A DNA stretch of 64,000 bases from Octopus sinensis (taxonomy: Eukaryota): NCBI RefSeq assembly GCF_006345805.1, contig NC_042997.1, positions 87,978,001 through 88,042,000 on the forward strand, written 5' to 3'. A program made the translations under genes and the position numbers. This document shows, piece by piece, positions 11,831 through 23,730 of the stretch (position 1 is the first letter of the stretch; each line of letters begins with the position of its first letter). The notes beneath the pieces are model-generated. The model saw only the letters and a list, made by a program, of their open reading frames with translations. It was not told where the DNA came from and did not search any database.

Positions 11831-14128
11831 CTTCTTATCTTTTTTGATATTAAAGAAATATATATATAAATTCTAACAATAGATAAAGAAAGTTTTATAG
11901 GAGAATTCAAAGCTATTATTGCCAAGTTTATGATAATCCAATCCAAAATCCAGTCTTCAGTTATGATACACTGTTAACAATAATGATATAACATGGGTTT
12001 AAAAATTTAAATGTCTTCCAGATACATTTTAGTTCTTATCATTCATCTCTCCTAAATATCTTGTCTTAGATATTATAATATCAAAAGGATAGATGATCAA
12101 ATGATAATTCTCAGCATCTGTGGATTTTATAGCCAATAATTGTAATTTCCAAAAGAAATAAAGACTGGTTTTGACATTCCAAATGTGTAAGTGAGATGAG
12201 ATTTTACAAATACATTAAAGTTAAGCATAAACAGATATACATGGACACGCGCGCACAAAAGGAAATATGTTTATTGTACTACACTATTCTGTTAGTATTA
12301 GACAAAAATAGAATAACTGTTTTAAAATGTAAACTAGACACATGTTCATTTGCAATTGAATATATCTGCATATACAAATAATTTGTATTCTATAAATGTA
12401 TTGAGTTCTCTTTTTTACACTTCCTATTACAGTATTGTGTTTTAGCTTATCTAAATGTTCATATATGCAATGTGTGTATGAGTGCTTTAATTCTTTCTAT
12501 GAAGATAGGGCTGATTTCTGACTAGGAAATAAAGTTCTGTCATTGGAATATAGATAACAGCAACAATAAAGAACTATATGCTGATAATTTTAGAAAAAGA
12601 CTATTGCAATATTTTCATTATTCCACTCACTGGCTATATTTGTTGAGTATGTTTTAAGTAATCTTTTTCTTTGCTTGTAATATATAACTAGAGTGTGTGA
12701 ATGAATATAATATGAATCGTAAATTTATCATGTAGCAAGTAAGTTTGTAAACTTTGAAACGGTTGTCAATATTTGTTCTATTCACTCATTTTTAATGAAC
12801 AGTCCGCATCTGTTTGGCAGCTGACCTCCACAACAGTACGTAATTTTGCTTTGTCTCAGGATGGCTGTGTTTGCATTTGCTGGAAATTTTAGTTGAAATG
12901 TGCCTCTAATATACCTTGTATTGCAGTGTATAGATTGTACATGTCACAAATATTGTTTACATTTGAACTATGATAGGCTTCCTACAGATGGCTTGTGTAA
13001 TGTTTTGAATATAGGCAGCATAGGATGGCATTTGGTATCTTGATGACATTTTTAGCTAGCTTCTGGTCACACATATAATGTCTTTTACCGCTTTGCAGCA
13101 TAATTGACATTTTTGGTTGTATCTTTAGGGTTTCAGAGTTTCAGTATCTCTTTAGTTCAACAGAATTTAATTAGAGTTTTTTGGTCTTTGGCTGTTTGCA
13201 AAAACATAACCTTTAAGATATAATGTGATCTAGAAGTCACAAGTTGAAGAGAAGCTATTTTCTCAGGTTTTTAAATCATATTAATGCACAACCTTTTGTT
13301 GGAATACAGAGTATTTTATGTTGAGGCCTTTATTGATTTGTTTTCTTCAGTTTCCAGTAGGTGGGTGAGGAATCTGTTTTTATTACTGAAGATAATATCT
13401 GAGTTAACACTCAAAAACTGATAAAAATGATCATATATTTTTCCTCGATTTTACTTCCAAGATAAAACCTGTTACTATTATGAGTATTGGTATAGCTTCC
13501 ATAAAAATATATTCATAGTTTATAGATGTTCATCATAAATATCTTTTCCTGATATGTCTATACTAAGTACTCTAAGATATATTAATCAACATATACAGTA
13601 CTATAGATTTATTACTGCTGATTGGTTTTGCTCCAGATATTAGATAACAGGGAGTTTACCTAACACACATGCTTTTCAGGGATGGCAAAAATACTAATTA
13701 GTATAAATTTACATCATTCTGCATTCAAATGTTACATTTTATCTCTTCTAGTTCAAATCCTACCATGGTTAACTTTGCATTTCATTGTTCAAAAGTCAAT
13801 AAAGGACCACTCAAGTTGTTGAATCAAGACACACACATCTGCATGCGTTTGTAAATTTGTATGTGTATCTCTCTATCTACTTGTGTGTGTGTGTGTGTGC
13901 ACATACAAACACACACACATACACATATATACACATGTATTTATTTTGCTTGTAAAATGTAAATGTAATCAAGTAAACATGCCCAACTTGATATAGGTAT
14001 AACTTATTGATAATTTTAGTATCTACAGCAAGTAACTTTTATTCTGAAAGGCCAATTCAATACATGTCAATGACCCCTCATGAATCAATTGTATATATTA
14101 TAGTATAATATAGAAATATTCAGAAATA

Positions 14129-14169
<41 letters not shown>

Positions 14170-14189
14170 TATCTTTTACTTGATTGTAG

Positions 14190-14490
14190 TACTTTTTGTT
14201 TTTTAAGCCTGTTACTTATTCTATTGGTCTCTTTCACTGAACCACTGAGATACAGGGATGTAAACACTCCAATACTGGTTGTCAAGCAGTGGTGGGGGAC
14301 AAAAACAGATACAAAGACACACACACATACATGATAGGCTTTCAGTTTCCATCTGCCAACTCTACTTAGAAGTCTTTGGTTGGCCAAGGCTATTGTAGAA
14401 GACACTTGCCCAAGATGCCATACAGTGGGACTGAAACCAGAACCATGTGACTGGGAAGCAAACGGTTTACCACCACGCAGCTATCCCTAT
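14190..14490 (-). mobile_element. Family A tRNA-derived SINE
   Basis: TACTTATTCTATTGGTCTC...GTAGAAGACACTTGCCCAAGATGCCATACAGTGGGACTGAAACCAGAACCATGTG matches 462-838. Confidence 0.8.
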
Positions 14491-17400
14491 ACATGGGTGT
14501 GTGTGTGTGTGTGTGTGTGAAGTGAAAAATGTTTTCATGAATTTCCAAGATGAAAATACAAGAAAACTGTAGAAATACTGTCTCCTTTGCCAAAAATTTT
14601 CAGTGAAGGAATGACTGCCAAAACAAGAATGAGACTATGCTCTCTTTCTCTCTCAAAACATAAATTAGGCAAAGAATAAGAACTCTGTATGAGACATTCA
14701 GGTATAAAAATATATGTATATGTGTCAGTAATAGATTGATAGATAGAGGGAAAGAGAGAGAGAGAGAGAGAGAGAGCGAGATACACAGTCTAACTCAGGT
14801 TAAACAATGACTTACTTTCCATAACACTAAAATCAGTGACTGTTCATTACTTTAAACAATATTATTTCACAGAATTTATCTATATCATTTATCTATTGTT
14901 ATTTATAATTTCTCTGAAATTGTCTAATACTGTATTATATTTCTCATGTAATATTGTATAATTTGAATAAGGTTTAACGGCTTTTTTTTCCTTTTTAAAA
15001 CAAAGTAAACAGAGTGACTATATTTCTTGCAGCTGTGTTTCTGCCAAATTACCCCTCTCTCTCTTTCTCTCTCTCTCTTTCTTTCTTTCTCTCTCTCTCT
15101 CTCTCTTTTCCTGTCTATCTAATCTATCTTTCACACTCTCTCTTTTGCATTGTCTCTCTTTTACACTTCTATTTTGTCTTTTTTATCTATCCATCTATTC
15201 ATTCATTCATTATTGTCTCACCCAATTCCTTTCAGTTTTGCATTTTTACACAAACTTTTCATTGCTTTTGTTTTCTGTTTCTTACTCTTTTTCTCCTTAA
15301 CCAAATACAGAAGTTGATGAAACCTAAAGAATAACAAACTTCAAACCAGAATAACTGTCTCCACCTTCCCTTCTCTCAACCCACACTCTATAAACACTTA
15401 CTTTCTCTCTTCCTATCTTTCTCCATCTGCATCTCACTTCCTACACAGAAATCAGCAATTCAAGTTAACAGCAACATGATAGATAAAGCAATCAAGGACA
15501 GGAAAAGAAGAAAAGCTGCAAAATATCCAGTGTGTTAGGGTACATGATGACCTCCAAGATAGTTAATTAAGTTATACACAAAGGAGCCACACCCAATGAA
15601 TGGTGCTGCTTTATATATCATGCCTTCATTGGTTAGTTTCTTTGTTATATTATAGAAACCTAGAAGTGGTTGTTAGCCCCTCACTCAACCCTTCTCCTTT
15701 TCTAGAGAAAGGGATTCAATGAGTGGTCTCCTACAATTCTTTTTACATCACAACATAGCCAATTCAGAGAGAAAGAGAAATGAGGGAAAAGGAGAGAGTG
15801 TGGATGCATGAGAAAAATCCCACTCTAATTATTGAATACAACTATTTTTATTGACTCCTAATGATGAAAGACAAAGTTGAGCTCAGTGAGCCTTGAACTC
15901 AGAGTGCAGAAGGCCAGGGCAAATACTCCAGAGTACTGTATGCAGCACTCTCTTGACTCTGTGTGTGTGTTTCTTCATCATTATTTTACATTCACTTTCC
16001 GTACTAATGGGTTGGACAATTTGTTACAATCTGACTTGGTCCTTATTTAGAGTTACTACCTTCCTAGAAAACATAGGGAAACACTTCTCACTTATTTAGA
16101 TTTGTTGTGATTGCTGGATGCCTTTTCTCTTACCAACCACCTCACAGAGTGTATTTTATTGTGGCACCAGAACTTTAGTAAGACTAAAAGGTTCTTTCAA
16201 AACTACATCATTTCTGCTCATTTGTTTGCTACACTGCAGTGTTAGTGTGTAAATGTGTAATATATTTATATCTGTCTGTCTCTCTCTCTCTTTATATATA
16301 TATATATGCATATCAGATTGTTTTGAGTGCTACTGGTATATGGAATCCAGTACAACCTATTATATGGTCATTTTCTCATGAACTAAACTGGTATCTCCAC
16401 CAAGATATTCTAGAAACCCAGCAGAACAACAACACGTATCTAAAAGATGGACAAATCCAGCATAAAGTCAATAACTATCTATCAGAGTACAGAAACAAAT
16501 AATTAACATTGTGAATGTGTACAATGTTAAACCACTTTGAGACTGATAGACTCATACATCTGTCTATGAGAGAGATAATTTTCATTAGCCAGTTCCACCC
16601 TCTCACACCTACCTACAATGTTATTCTAACAATAAACAATCACATCATTGAAATTTTGAAGCTCAAGGTATTACATGATTAATTGAAAACAATGTGAATA
16701 TATTAGCATTACATTTGACTGAGTAATCTGCATGCTAAAGCCAATTTCTAACAGACTGGGTTTCCAGTAGCATCCTGCAATGGGAAGGGGCTACCAGTCG
16801 TCAATTTTGTCATAGTAAAAATCATGATATTATGATACTAGAAAGTGTACACCTCCAGTATCATTATTAGGCCTCACTGGGCTGGTATCTCTTGCAATAT
16901 GAATCATGCGTCTTGGGTCTAGGGCTGGTTGTTGTTAAGAGGCACTTAAAAGAATGTCATCACTTGTTCATGAAATCTTATCAAAGATTGAAACTAGTTT
17001 AGTTGATTTCTATTTTGCAGTCCATGAGAAAATTGTATAAACAAAGACAGTTGTTTACAACTATCCAGTGTATTTAATTAATTTACACATGCAGCGGTGG
17101 TTTAATTTATGTTTCTTCTGTATATTATATTCTGACATATTTGTATATAACTATGTGTGTATGTATATACATATACACCTACACAAACAAACTTTTAATG
17201 ACTTTTATAAACACATGTATGTATATATTTGTGTGTGTATAAGTGCATTTCTGATTATGTGCATGCAAGTGTATTCAAGTGCATGCATGTGTACATGTGC
17301 ATGTATGCACACATACATGTGTACATATAAATGTGATGGCTTTGTTTAGTATATATATATATCCTCAAACTTCTGTTTGCCTTGCTAAATTGAAATTTCT

Positions 17401-17506
17401 TGAGAGGAATATCCTACTGGCATTATTTATTATACTATCTAATTGAAAAGTAGTTTTGATCTGGAATCCTGCTATTGCTGACTTTATTTCAACGGCATTC
17501 TACCTG

Positions 17507-17790
17507 TTATTGATTGTGGAGATGCAGACTAGGTAGCATGCAATCATCTTGAAAAGCAAGAAGCAATATTTTATATTCTTTGTTCAATTGTTGTTGATGT
17601 ATAACCCTGGGTTGGCCATGATATAGCATACCTGGTACATAGATGATCAGATGACTAGATATAACTTGCCTCCATCTCTGCTGCACAATTTGGCATGCAG
17701 TGTTTACTTGTACAAGATGCAGTTTGCTGCTGTTTTCCAATGTCAACTTTGTTTCTCTGTCTGTTGGCTTTGGAGTCAAGTCTGGATATA
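17507..17790 (-). mobile_element. Probable old LINE ORF2 C-terminal remnant (RTE-X/RTE-like)
   Basis: HLIIYVPGMLYHGQPRVIHQQQLNKEYK resembles the LLLWxPxxGxRxxGRPxxTYIDQL motif that ends RTE-X-like ORF2. The resemblance is weak, and splice-like signals are also present. Confidence 0.35.
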
Positions 17791-18411
17791 TTCAAAGTAC
17801 AAAATTGTTGTTTTTCACAAACAGTTATAACCACTTGTGATTATAATCACAAATGAGATTACTGATGCCAGTCTCTTTAGTGTTTGACTTGTTGGATTTA
17901 GCACCGAAAAATTTCCTCAAATCATCCTAACATCTTAAAATGAAGATACACTGAACCAAATTAGTCAGGTGATAATATGTGTGTTTATATCTGGATGAAT
18001 TTGATTATTCAAAAATCTGCATAAATTGTTAGAGCAAGTATAATTTTATACCTCATGTGAATCATTTTTAAATCAGATGTTTCTACAAGAGAAATCTCCC
18101 TAATATACTCCAATTGCTGACCCACATGTGTTGTCTTCTCTCTGTCTTTTCTACTGTAACTACAGTAGCCTCTTCAATTTTGACCTGGAGACTCTCATGG
18201 CATCTCCATTCAAGAATTCCTCACTCACTAATCTTCCCACTCATCTCCCATGTTGTACCTCCCCCACCTTTCAGAAGCTACATTAACCATTACACCCATT
18301 CCTTTTTCTCCAGGAAATTTGTCCCACTGTACATGTTATTCTTATAGTCTTGCAGGTCCCCTAGAGGAACATTGTATTAATCTCACCACTCTCTGAATGT
18401 TTGTCATTTAC

Positions 18412-18636
18412 CAGTGTTCCTCAACCAATTTTTGCCTATAGACCCCTTTGATTACTATTTTACTCTGCTAAACCCTAATAAACATTCTATGTTTTAAAAA
18501 GTCTCATTATATTTTTATAATTAAATATCATTAGCGATTGTATAAAAAAATTGTTAAAATATTTTGCATTTTATAGAATTATAGCACGTAAATTTTAACA
18601 GCAAAATCTTATGTGGACCCCAGTAGAGAACCACTG
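18412..18636. mobile_element. hAT (Charlie-like) MITE
   Basis: Termini CAGTGTTCCTCAACC and GTAGAGAACCACTG resemble the hAT-Charlie TIR CAGTGGTTCTCAAC. About 225 bp and non-coding; the 8-bp TSD is degenerate. Confidence 0.7.
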
Positions 18637-19188
18637 GCATAGATCAGAGAAGTAGAAGGTATTATAGGCTTACTAAAAGAAACCTTGAGACAATACTCTG
18701 ATGATGATAAGCCAGTTATTGTACAGAGTGTGTGAATGAAAGTTTATACTTGATATGGATTCATTTGTAACTTCTTTTTAAACTCTTGGAAAATATTTCA
18801 AAATATTATTTTTAAGAATCTTTTACTTAGAGCAGATTTGTGTATTTAAGAGTATAGAATTTTTAGATTTTACCTGGTAATATACTGTATATTTTTGTCA
18901 CTAATGTGTTTTCAGAGTATTATATAATATGCTATTCAAATTTTATTGACAGTTGTAAACTCATCAAACTGTGCGGCATATCAAACTAGACAAATCTTTT
19001 TGTATTGAAATTGTATTTTATGGAATATAATAACATTTCAAAAGCTTAAATAAGTGTGTGTTAGTGTATATATATATATATATACATATATGAATAATGT
19101 GTGTGCATGTGCATCTATATAGACAATAAATGACCTGATTCAGTGTGAAATGTTTCTCACATTGTAGTTAAGAAACTGCTTATAAATA

Positions 19189-20454
19189 TTAGGTCTTCCC
19201 ATAAATAATGCGGTTTTTCAATTGCATGAACTAAAAGTCAGAGGGGATGGGATAAACTACCTACATCAACTTGCTATAAAAGCAGGTAGTAATTTTACCT
19301 TGTGCTTATTCTTAGTGCAAGTTTTGAAGAGTGCAGTTCGATTTTAACAGTTATTTTTCAAAGCTATAATGGAAGTGACAAAGGAGCATATTCGTATTTG
19401 CTTTATGAGTTCAATAAAGACAACAGCACAATGGAAAGTGCAAGGAATATTAATGCAGTATATGGGGATCGGACAATAAGGGTAAGCTACTGTCAGTGGT
19501 GATTCCAGAAATTCCAAGCCAGAAACTACAGCCTAGAAGACAAGTGTCATGCTCGAATATCTGTAGAGCTCAACAAGAATGTCCTTCAAACCCTTGGGAA
19601 ACAAAATCTGATCATAACTGTTGAGGAACTAGCAGAGTAGCTTGGATATGGTCATTGAACCATTCAGTGACAACTGCATGCCATCAGAAAATTCAGCAAA
19701 TTTGGTCAATGGGTTCTTCACAAACTTTCCAAGTCTAATCATGTACAGAGTGAATGTGTGCTCTTCTTTGTTGTCATGTCTCATGAATGAAACTTTTTTG
19801 GACTGAATAGTGACTGGTGATAAGAAATAGGTTCTCTATAAAAATGTCAAGCACCAAAGACAGTGGGTTGGGAAAGGAGAAACACTGGCAACCCAGGCTA
19901 AAGAAGGTCTTCAGTCACATAAGGTGTTGTTATCTGTTTGGTGGGATATGAAAAGTTTTGTCCACTTTTAACTTTTAAACCCAAATCAAACGATAACAAA
20001 GGAGATCTACTGCTAACAGTTTGAGTGGCTTAAGTCAGCCCTAGAAGAAAAATGACCAAAAAAAGGACAAAAGGTGCTCTTCCATCAGGGTAATGCTTGG
20101 CCACATACAGGGGGATGATGTTCCAAAGGCTGGAGTTGTTTGAATGGGAAATGATCCCCCTCCTACCATATTCGCCGGACATTGCCCCATTTGATTATCA
20201 TTTATTTCACAGTCTTCAAAATCACTTGGACAGAAAATATATGAATTCTCTAGACAAGGTCAGAACAGTAGTGGAGTATTTTTCATCATGGAGAAGTGAA
20301 TTTTGGAAGAAGGGCTTTGCAAGTCTATCAGGGAGGTGGAAGAGCATTTTATAAAATGAAGGAGAGTATATCTTAGACTAAAAAAGAACTTTATCTTAAT
20401 TTTGAAAAATAAAAGAAGTATAAAAAAAACTGCATTATTTATGCGATGGCCCAA
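19189..20454 (+). mobile_element. Full-length mariner DNA transposon (Hsmar1/SETMAR-like TIR and protein), decayed
   Basis: Imperfect TIRs TTAGGTCTTCCCATAAATAATGCGGTTTTTT and AAAAAAACTGCATTATTTATGCGATGGCCCAA, with TA on both sides (19187-88, 20455-56). Length 1266 bp. Confidence 0.92.
19369..20381 (+). pseudogene. Mariner DD34D transposase pseudogene
   Basis: MEVTKEHIRICLLYEFNKDNSTMESARNINAVYGDRTI... followed by VTGDKK*, HQGNAWPH, PYSPDIAPFDYHLF and ...GEYILD*. Several stops (e.g. TGA at 19500) and frameshifts. Confidence 0.9.
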
Positions 20455-20573
20455 TAATTGGCTAGGTTTGTCAATCTTTATGTCCTTGATAAAGTATTTT
20501 TCTTAGATAATTGCTTTGTGTAAAATTCAATATAGGCATTTTTCTATTGTCTTTTTCAACAATGTGATGCATA

Positions 20574-20624
<51 letters not shown>

Positions 20625-20927
20625 TTGTTCATGACCCTTTCTCTTTAACTTGTCTTCCCTCAACCTATCTTCTGTTCTGCTTCCACTTTCCTTCCTTTTC
20701 CTCTTTCTCTTTTTGTTGCCGACAACCACATGTGAATCATTGGCGATTTTTGTTCCTCCGTCTTCCTTTTCTATTGGACTTTCCTCTGTCTCCTGTTTCT
20801 GAAGAAGAGCTTTACTCGAAACAAAACCACCTTTCTTTCCTTCCCTGAGCATCTGCTAATACTTAACTTGTACCATGTCCTTGTGGCGTTGTTTTTTTTT
20901 TGTGGTTGTTTTCCATTTTTTGGGATT

Positions 20928-20978
<51 letters not shown>
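20928..20978. repeat. (TA)n microsatellite
   Basis: Read directly. Confidence 0.97.
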
Positions 20979-20981
<3 letters not shown>

Positions 20982-21009
20982 GTAGCCAATATTCATTTTC
21001 ATTAAATGT

Positions 21010-21190
21010 AGTGAGCTGGCAGAACTGTATGCATGCCGAGCAAAATGCTTAGTGCCATTTCATCTGTCTTTATGGTCTGAATTTAAATTCCGCCAAGGTT
21101 GACTTTGCCTTTGAACACTAGCATCAATGTAATCAACTTAGTCTTCTTGAAATTTCTGGTCGTGTGTTAAAGTTTGAAACCAATATTTCT
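21010..21190 (+). mobile_element. tRNA-derived SINE, family B
   Basis: GAGCTGGCAGAA...AAATGCTTAG...CTGAATTTAAATTCCGCCAAGGTTGACTTTGCCTTT; the same blocks occur at 42883, 59893 and, reversed, at 41890 and 60335. Confidence 0.75.
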
Positions 21191-21398
21191 GTTCATTGGT
21201 TGATATTTCTATAGAGAGAAAGAGGAGAAAGAGTAAAAGAGAGATCAGAAAGACAATGTAAGAGGTGTGGAATGACTACACTCACTTACTAGGCTTTTTG
21301 GCAAAAATACTACATACACACACATAAAAAAATACTACATACACACACAGTGAGAGAGAAAGAAGTGTAGAGACAGATGACGAGGTGGGGAGAGATGG

Positions 21399-21436
<38 letters not shown>

Positions 21437-21504
21437 CAAAAAGGGTAATAACATAGATTATTATTACCAGTGGCCTAGCACAAAAGACGAATTAGTCATT
21501 AGAC

Positions 21505-21561
21505 AAAAATATTATTCATATAGAAAAATATTATTCATATAGAAAAATATTATTCATATAG
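21505..21561. repeat. 19-bp minisatellite x3 (AAAAATATTATTCATATAG)
   Basis: Three consecutive identical units. Confidence 0.9.
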
Positions 21562-21930
21562 AAATATAATTAAGGGCTCCCAAATAAAGAAGCCTAGTGC
21601 TAGGGACACAAAAAAGGGATAAATTCATCGAGAGTGAAAATCAAAAACATTTACCATTAACGATATATCCCGGACTGATCAGTTTCTACCTCTTTCTAGC
21701 AAAACAGACAGAATATGTTTGCCAATATATATATATTTGCTTTTGAAAATTAGTATTTATTTCATCATTTGTAATAAGCATCAAGAGATTTTATAAAAGT
21801 TAAATTATGAGAAAAGTAGTTTTTTTAAAGTCTCTTATGGTAGAATGTGTGTGTAGTTCAATCGATTGACTAAAGGAGTATATGAGAGTGTGTGTGTGTG
21901 TGTGTGTGTATACATACATACATATATATA

Positions 21931-21985
<55 letters not shown>

Positions 21986-22638
21986 ACTTTATCACTACCA
22001 CAAATTACTTATCTTTTTCTTGTTATGTCAATAACGGACAAGGCATCTCTGCATGGCTGCTCTAGATGCTATATATAACGGCCAAATTTCCTTTAATTCA
22101 AGCAGTTTCTCATCGTTTTGTTGCAGATTTGTTGCAGCTAGTATCATCCAGAAACCTATCTTTGCAAAATTCCATATACTTAAAGCATGCAGGTTTACAA
22201 CTCAGACCACTAGAGAATAGGAGCAGAGACACTGTAGTATCTTTTATATTTCTACTGGTTTTGCTGCAGCATTTATTGTGGATGTGCATAGTTTGCACAT
22301 GGGCTACATTTTCATTCACAAAGACCAACTTGAATATAACTTAGAATGCTTTAAAAAATATCATGCATAAACTGTCAGGGCAAACGAGCAAATTAGGGAG
22401 AGGATAATTACATCTCTTAATGTGATTTTATATGGGTATGTTTTTCCTTCAATGCAATTAAAAAATTTTTCCTAATGATTCCAAAGTCATTAGGAATAAA
22501 ATAAAATTGTTTTGTTAAATTTTTTAAATTAAAGCTTCTATTCTACAAACACTCAAAATTATGCCCTTCTTTCTTTAAAACAGTGAGGGCATTCAAGAGT
22601 TTATTGGGTAATAGAGTATTAGATACTTTATACTTGAA

Positions 22639-22730
22639 GTTCTTCTTCTTCTTCTTCTTCTTCTTCTTCTTCTTCTTCTTCTTCTTCTTCTTCTTCTTCT
22701 TCTCCACCTCCTTCTTCTTCTTCATCATCA
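22639..22730. repeat. (CTT)n microsatellite
   Basis: Read directly; explains the poly-K ORF 22543-22770. Confidence 0.97.
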
Positions 22731-23451
22731 TCAAATAGCCTCTAGAATCAATCTGTTTATGGGATGGCATATATATATATCATCAAACATGGTGTATTTG
22801 TTATTTATTGATGCTTGTATACATGGTGATTCCATGATTTCTCTTATTATCTGCTTTTAACAGCAGGTATTTTATCCATCAGTTTGAAAAGCAGCAGCAA
22901 TGAGTCCTTTGTAAGCTGAAAGAAGTTGTCAGCTTGTAGAACTATCAAAACATATTGGTGAGGAAAATGTAGATAAATGCTAGAGAAAAAACATGAATCT
23001 ATTGCATAAATCTATAGATCTATGCTATCCAAGAAAAATAATACACATTCATGATATATATATATATATATTTCATCATGTTGAACTGTTAATCCCTACA
23101 CATTTTTTTCTCTCTATGTATTTCTGTTTTCTCTCCATTTTTCCTCTCAATCCTTTCTGTCAAAGAGCATAGGCTTGAAACATCTAAGACTTATCCATTC
23201 TTCCTGAGCATTAAACTAATGCACCTGCTTGGTGTTCCCTCATATATATATATACATACAGACACAAGGAAAATTGGTGACAGTGGCTGAAATTTCACTG
23301 GTTGTTTGCCTTGGTAATCTGCAATGGCTGATGTACAGTAAAATTTCAAAGCCACTATCACTACTTTTTCTTATGAAATACACAATGTACTCTACTTTTA
23401 TATATTGAATACAACTTCTGTTAACATTTGTTTGTTTATTTATACATGGAA

Positions 23452-23730
23452 GGTGCATGGCCTACTGGTTATGGTGCTGCACTCATGATTACAAGATCAT
23501 GGTCTTCATTCCTGTATTGTATTGTTGAGAAATACACTTTATTTCGCATTTCTCCTATATGCACAGCTGTAAATGAGTAAACCCCACAATGGATTGGCAT
23601 TCCATTCACGGGTAAGGTGGACCTGCTTGCCTAGCCTGTGGCATGATATCATTTGAAAGCTAAAACAATGTGATGAAGTGCACTGTAACCAGCAGTGTAT
23701 AACTACATCTGATAGTCTGATTGATACTGT
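23452..23730 (+). mobile_element. Old tRNA-derived SINE with a V-domain-like block
   Basis: GGTGCATGGCCTACTGGTTATGG A-box-like head, and CAGCTGTAAATGAGTA-AACCCCACAATGGATTGGCATTCCATTCACGGG resembling the V-SINE central domain (CCCTGCGATGGACTGGCATCCCATCCAGGG). Assignment from memory. Confidence 0.45.

Noticed and set aside
10902-12835. Several short AG..GT segments (10902-10937, 11097-11105, 12138-12187, 12803-12835) as the exons following 8564
   Set aside because: No stop-free, phase-consistent chain from the phase 2 donor at 8564 could be built; such signals are frequent by chance in AT-rich DNA.
16311-16502. ORF IVLSATGIW...TYLKDGQ as a Penelope RT fragment or exon
   Set aside because: Only faint resemblance to PLE RT (RPIVS...YIKD); too weak to call.
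21505-21561. Repeated 19-mer as a CRISPR-like array
   Set aside because: The units are directly adjacent with no spacers; it is an ordinary minisatellite in eukaryotic DNA.
22066-22344. Overlapping ORFs on both strands with a possible exon at 22127-22192
   Set aside because: It starts in a dispersed-repeat head, the donor is weak, and no frame gives a recognisable motif.
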